Shown in pieces: positions 60,166 to 64,000 of a DNA stretch of 64,000 nucleotides. The notes below the pieces were generated by a model that searched no databases, had not been told where the DNA came from, and saw only the letters and a program-made list of their open reading frames with translations. The stretch's first letter is position 1. Each line of letters begins with the position of its first letter. The translations under genes and the position numbers were made by a program. This DNA comes from Leptospiraceae bacterium. GTDB lineage: Bacteria; Spirochaetota; Leptospiria; Leptospirales; Leptonemataceae. The stretch spans positions 352,001 through 416,000 of the forward strand of contig JAVJNR010000003.1 in assembly GCA_040217195.1 (NCBI GenBank), read 5' to 3'.

Positions 60166-60860
60166 TCACACCTGGGTTTCGCCCCGATAAAACTGCTTCA
60201 AGCCCAGGGGGTCCTTAATAAAGATCAAGCCCGGAGAATCCGCTTCTGTGGCAACAAGACCCATATCTTTTAATTCTTTGATATTGCGGGCCACAACCTC
60301 CCTGGATGTGGCGATTGTATCGGCCAGTTCTTGTTGAGTAATTCTAAGATTCACTGGCTTGCTGGATTCACGGGAAAGCCGTAGGAGACACCGACAGAGT
60401 CGTCTGGATACAGATTCGAAAGTCATGCTATGCAACTCATCCATGATACCGTACACCCTGAGCGCACAATGGTTTGCGAATAAGAATCCAACGTCCGCAC
60501 GGGCGCTTGCAACACTTCGTACGGATTCTCCGGTTATCGCAAGAGCAGATGTGGGTAGAATCGTTTCCACAGTTAGATCCGCGGGGCCGCCCAGACAGGC
60601 AACCAGCCCAATCACTTCACCTGCTCCAAAATGCCGGACTACCATTCTTCTACCATCCGAGGAACAATCCACATCCGCCCTTCTCCAGATTCGATTAAGA
60701 GCATCTGAGACTGCTCTCCCGGACGATACAATGTACTACCTTCCGGAAGATTGATATAGATCCCGGATTGCACCAGGGCTTCCAGAGAAGGGCTGGATAG
60801 GTCTCGCAGAAAGGTATTTTCCGCTATGGCCATTTTTCGGGCCTGATCCACTGATTCCAT
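60166..60860 (-). pseudogene. Crp/Fnr-family transcriptional regulator split by a frameshift
   Basis: The cNMP-domain N-terminus (LYRPGE..LIESG) is in 60639-60860. GEVIG..ITQQELADTIATSREVVARNIK HTH is in 60166-60672. The frames switch near 60663. Confidence 0.8.
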
Positions 60861-61031
60861 GCAAACAACCTGTTAGACCGGACGGGAAGGTCAACTCAGG
60901 TTCCAGATCTGCAGATAGGTGCTGTTATGAGTTCAAAGCCAGGGGCCTCAGATTAGAAATAGGTCACTCAGTACGTTAGTATTGGAATACATTTCCAGAA
61001 TACTACCCGGGTCATTTTCTGGATGCCGGAA

Positions 61032-61670
61032 TTACTGAGACGTCCAGTGTTGAAAGTTCCAGTAAAAAAGATACAGGTTTCTGACTGGATCGTATTCAAG
61101 TGAGACCTTGTCAGAGCCAGTATCGCACATTGACGCTGACCGGGACTCAAAAAATAACAGGATTCCCCGTTGCCGAGTGGTACTGGAAGTGGCGCGAACA
61201 AAGCAAAGGGAACCTCTGTCCCCGGACCTGACCTGCCACCAGGACGGCCGATAATTCTTGTTAAAATGGGCCCTCGCTTCAGGCCAATCTTCTTGCATCT
61301 CGTAGGCCCACTTTTGACTCCAGGACTCATTTATCTTTAGAGAACTCTTAACCGTATCTGGCCATGATTCCGGTACAATAGCATCTTCATAACGAAGCAT
61401 TAAGATACTACTATCGATGGAATCATCAAGAAGCAGATAGGCTTTTCGGGCCGGCAGGTCAAACGGAGGCTTGATTCTGGCTTCATCGTAAAGCCTTGAT
61501 GGTTCACATCCAGATGCTTCTGAATATCCGGCCAGAGGCAGAATTTGCCGGTCATTTTTCAGGCAGGGGCGTTGAGCTGATTCACAACCGATAAATCCGA
61601 TTTGAAGCCCTACGGTGATAGCAATTAGGATTCTCCTTTTTCGCATTGCTTCCAGCAACCTGAAGCTCAT
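61032..61670 (-). CDS. hypothetical lipoprotein
   Basis: RKRRILIAITVGLQIGFIGC signal/lipobox; start 61670 or 61646. Confidence 0.65.
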   Translation of the reverse strand: MSFRLLEAMRKRRILIAITVGLQIGFIGCESAQRPCLKNDRQILPLAGYSEASGCEPSRLYDEARIKPPFDLPARKAYLLLDDSIDSSILMLRYEDAIVPESWPDTVKSSLKINESWSQKWAYEMQEDWPEARAHFNKNYRPSWWQVRSGDRGSLCFVRATSSTTRQRGILLFFESRSASMCDTGSDKVSLEYDPVRNLYLFYWNFQHWTSQ

Positions 61671-61849
61671 TGATTAACCCTGATATGCAAAGGTGCTTCC
61701 CTGTATTCAATCATCAATCCAGAAGACCTGGAGCAATCAGGACCGGGCTTATTGTTCGTATTCCAATCGATAGAACCAGCCACAGCAAAGGCAGCGCAGC
61801 TAAAACAACGACTTGCTACCCGGGGTAAGAATGAATCCTGAATCAGAAC

Positions 61850-63112
61850 CTAGAGGACCTCTTCCAGGACATAAAAATAGTTCTGATCTGTGCCAAACAT
61901 CATTTGATTTCCGGAAATAATCGGAGCCGATAGGATGGCACCGTCCACTTCCATGGTCCACAATACAGAACCGTCCGCCGCAGAAAGGCATACAAGACTG
62001 GCCGGTTCGCTCAGTTCTCCCGATTCAGTGAGCACTCTGGATCCCTGAACTCCAATATAGACTCGATTTCCTGCGATGGTGGGCGCAGAGGATGTGGGAT
62101 AATCGAATTCCGTTTCCCACGCTTCATCGCCATCGCTTTTATGGAATGCTCGAACCTTCGTGTCCCCGGCCGTAAATATAACCAGATCCTTGTAAAGCGC
62201 AGGTGCCATGTAATCCAGCAAGTCCACATGATCCAGGAATCGAGTGTATCGGTTGACTGGGACTTTCTGACCAATTTGCATTTCATCGCTTACCTGCCAG
62301 AGCTTTCGACCAGTCTTTCGATCCATGGCGTAGAAATTTAGTTCAGATTCAAAACCTTTAAAGAAATTGGATGCGAAGTAGACCGTATCTTCGTCCACCG
62401 CAGGAAAAGAATACCAGAGAGCATATGGAACATCCACTGGCACAAGCCAGAGAAACTCTCTTTTTTCAATATCATAGGCACCGAACTGCCGACCTTTGGG
62501 GGCCCAGTAGACTACACCATCATAAACCTGAAATGTATGATGGGACCACACTGGATTGGGAAGAGAAAACTCTTCTTTTCCGTCCGGAGTTAAAAAATAG
62601 GTGGCTCCTGTATCGCTGGTAAAGACTACATGATCTTCGTAGCGAAGAACCAGAGATTGAACCGTACTGCCGGTATTGAACTTCCACTTCTGTTCTCCGG
62701 TCTCTTTGTCCACGGCATAGACATTAAAATCATTGGATCCGAAATATATGGTATCTTCATCTGCGAAGGGTACCGAATTGATGGAATCTCTCGGCTCCTT
62801 GAATATCCATTTCATGTAGCCAGTGGCCACGTCCAGGGCATAGAAGTTGCCGTCCGTGGAGCCAAAGTAGAGTACATCGTCGATAAAAAGCGGAGGATTA
62901 AAGGCTTTGGCTTTCTCTGAATTCTCCTGAAGTTTCAATTTCCAGCGAAGCCCCAGCGGAGGATACAAAGCATTGTTTGTATGTCCCTGACCGTGCTCGC
63001 CGCGATATTCAATCCAGTTGATCTGCTCTGAGCAACCGGAAAACAGAAGAATAACCCCTATCAAAAGGAAGGGTGCAATCATGCGATATCGAAGTGCAGA
63101 GCAGAATTGCAT
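61850..63112 (-). CDS. PQQ-type beta-propeller repeat lipoprotein (BamB-like fold)
   Basis: FSGC lipobox; repeats YFGSTDGNFYALD..TG..KW; start overlaps the upstream TGA. Confidence 0.88.
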   Translation of the reverse strand: MQFCSALRYRMIAPFLLIGVILLFSGCSEQINWIEYRGEHGQGHTNNALYPPLGLRWKLKLQENSEKAKAFNPPLFIDDVLYFGSTDGNFYALDVATGYMKWIFKEPRDSINSVPFADEDTIYFGSNDFNVYAVDKETGEQKWKFNTGSTVQSLVLRYEDHVVFTSDTGATYFLTPDGKEEFSLPNPVWSHHTFQVYDGVVYWAPKGRQFGAYDIEKREFLWLVPVDVPYALWYSFPAVDEDTVYFASNFFKGFESELNFYAMDRKTGRKLWQVSDEMQIGQKVPVNRYTRFLDHVDLLDYMAPALYKDLVIFTAGDTKVRAFHKSDGDEAWETEFDYPTSSAPTIAGNRVYIGVQGSRVLTESGELSEPASLVCLSAADGSVLWTMEVDGAILSAPIISGNQMMFGTDQNYFYVLEEVL

Positions 63113-64000
63113 CAGTATTTAAAGCCTCGCAATGTAAAGATTCGCTTCATCATATTCCAGAAACCGGGCTTTCGAGAGGCTTTCAGGGCTTCCCTGTATT
63201 CCTGCCTCAGACGATCAAAGGTTTCCTTTTTTTCGCGCTCGCTGAACGTTTCTTTGAACCGGAGCATAGTGTATGTACCTGCGAATGGAGCCGTAAAACG
63301 ATTATGGGAGGCATACTCCAGTGGCGTTTCGCTTAATTTCCGCAGCGGTTGAGAGTGCTCGGTAAGTCGCAGATAGAATAGAGTAAGTATATGATCCAGA
63401 CCTTTGCGATTGTTCTTTCGCGCCAGGTTTGCATGATAGGCCAGCCTGAGAAAGCGAAAGGAATACAAAGAAATCACAGCAATGGTTGCCAGTAGGCCAG
63501 TGAGCTGACCAAGAAAGACCCAGGGGATTTCAAATCCTTTAGATTCCTCGGCATTCTTTTCTTCTTCAATGTCGGGAATAATTACATCCATGGCATTAGG
63601 ATCGTTTTCCGGAGTCGGTGGAATGGCAAAGGATGTGGTCTCTATGTCCACCCAGCCATAACCGGGCATAAAAATCTGAACCCAGGCATGTCGATGGGAG
63701 GTGGTAACCAGATAGAGGTGCTCCAGAGGCCAGTTTTCCAGCACAGGTATTTTACTTCTGAGCTCTTTGAGACCTCCTCTATGAGCCGGGGTTTGCAGAT
63801 CTGTACTGGCAATGTATCCATTTACCACTCGGGCCGGCAGGCCTGAAGCTCTGGCAAGCATGGCTGTTGCATGGGCAAACTCGGTGCAGTCCCCTTCTTT
63901 TGTTTGAAAAAGGAATTTTTGGACTCCCGCCACGGATGAATCTTCCGTAAAGCCCATCTTATAGCGATAGTCTTTGTATCCCTGGAGAATAGCATTCAAC
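63112..64000 (-). CDS. transglutaminase-like domain membrane protein (5'-truncated by window edge)
   Basis: GDCTEFA, GLPARVVNGY, HAWVQ, GWVDIETT; C-terminal TM and ETPLEY. Confidence 0.88.
   Translation of the reverse strand, partial: LNAILQGYKDYRYKMGFTEDSSVAGVQKFLFQTKEGDCTEFAHATAMLARASGLPARVVNGYIASTDLQTPAHRGGLKELRSKIPVLENWPLEHLYLVTTSHRHAWVQIFMPGYGWVDIETTSFAIPPTPENDPNAMDVIIPDIEEEKNAEESKGFEIPWVFLGQLTGLLATIAVISLYSFRFLRLAYHANLARKNNRKGLDHILTLFYLRLTEHSQPLRKLSETPLEYASHNRFTAPFAGTYTMLRFKETFSEREKKETFDRLRQEYREALKASRKPGFWNMMKRIFTLRGFKY

Overview
Bacterial chromosomal window of about 50% GC by eye. It is probably from a Leptospiraceae-like spirochaete; this is an inference from the gene repertoire and lipoprotein signal style, not a database result. 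It opens with a cbb3-type cytochrome c oxidase operon (ccoN partial, ccoOQP, ccoGHS, a TauE/DsbD-like gene, ccoI). Housekeeping and signalling genes follow: HAD hydrolases, a diguanylate cyclase, MsrB, an amidase, a DprE1-like oxidase, a patatin and two hybrid histidine kinases. Next come a surface-lipoprotein cluster (two astacin M12A proteases, an OmpA-like protein, a 1374-aa modular lipoprotein), MoxR/VWA, an L,D-transpeptidase and a three-gene glycosylation cluster with two fusion proteins. A BLUF photoactivated adenylyl cyclase with an in-frame response regulator, groESL with two variant CIRCE elements, an orphan RND permease under a CsoR-type operator and two apparently decaying genes complete the window. 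The most unusual non-coding signal is six copies of a 14-bp motif at 32-33 bp period with unique, partly self-complementary spacers (47778-47954), in the long intergenic region upstream of groES. No rRNA, tRNA, transposase, integrase, cas gene or canonical CRISPR array was recognised. All calls come from reading motifs; no searches were run.
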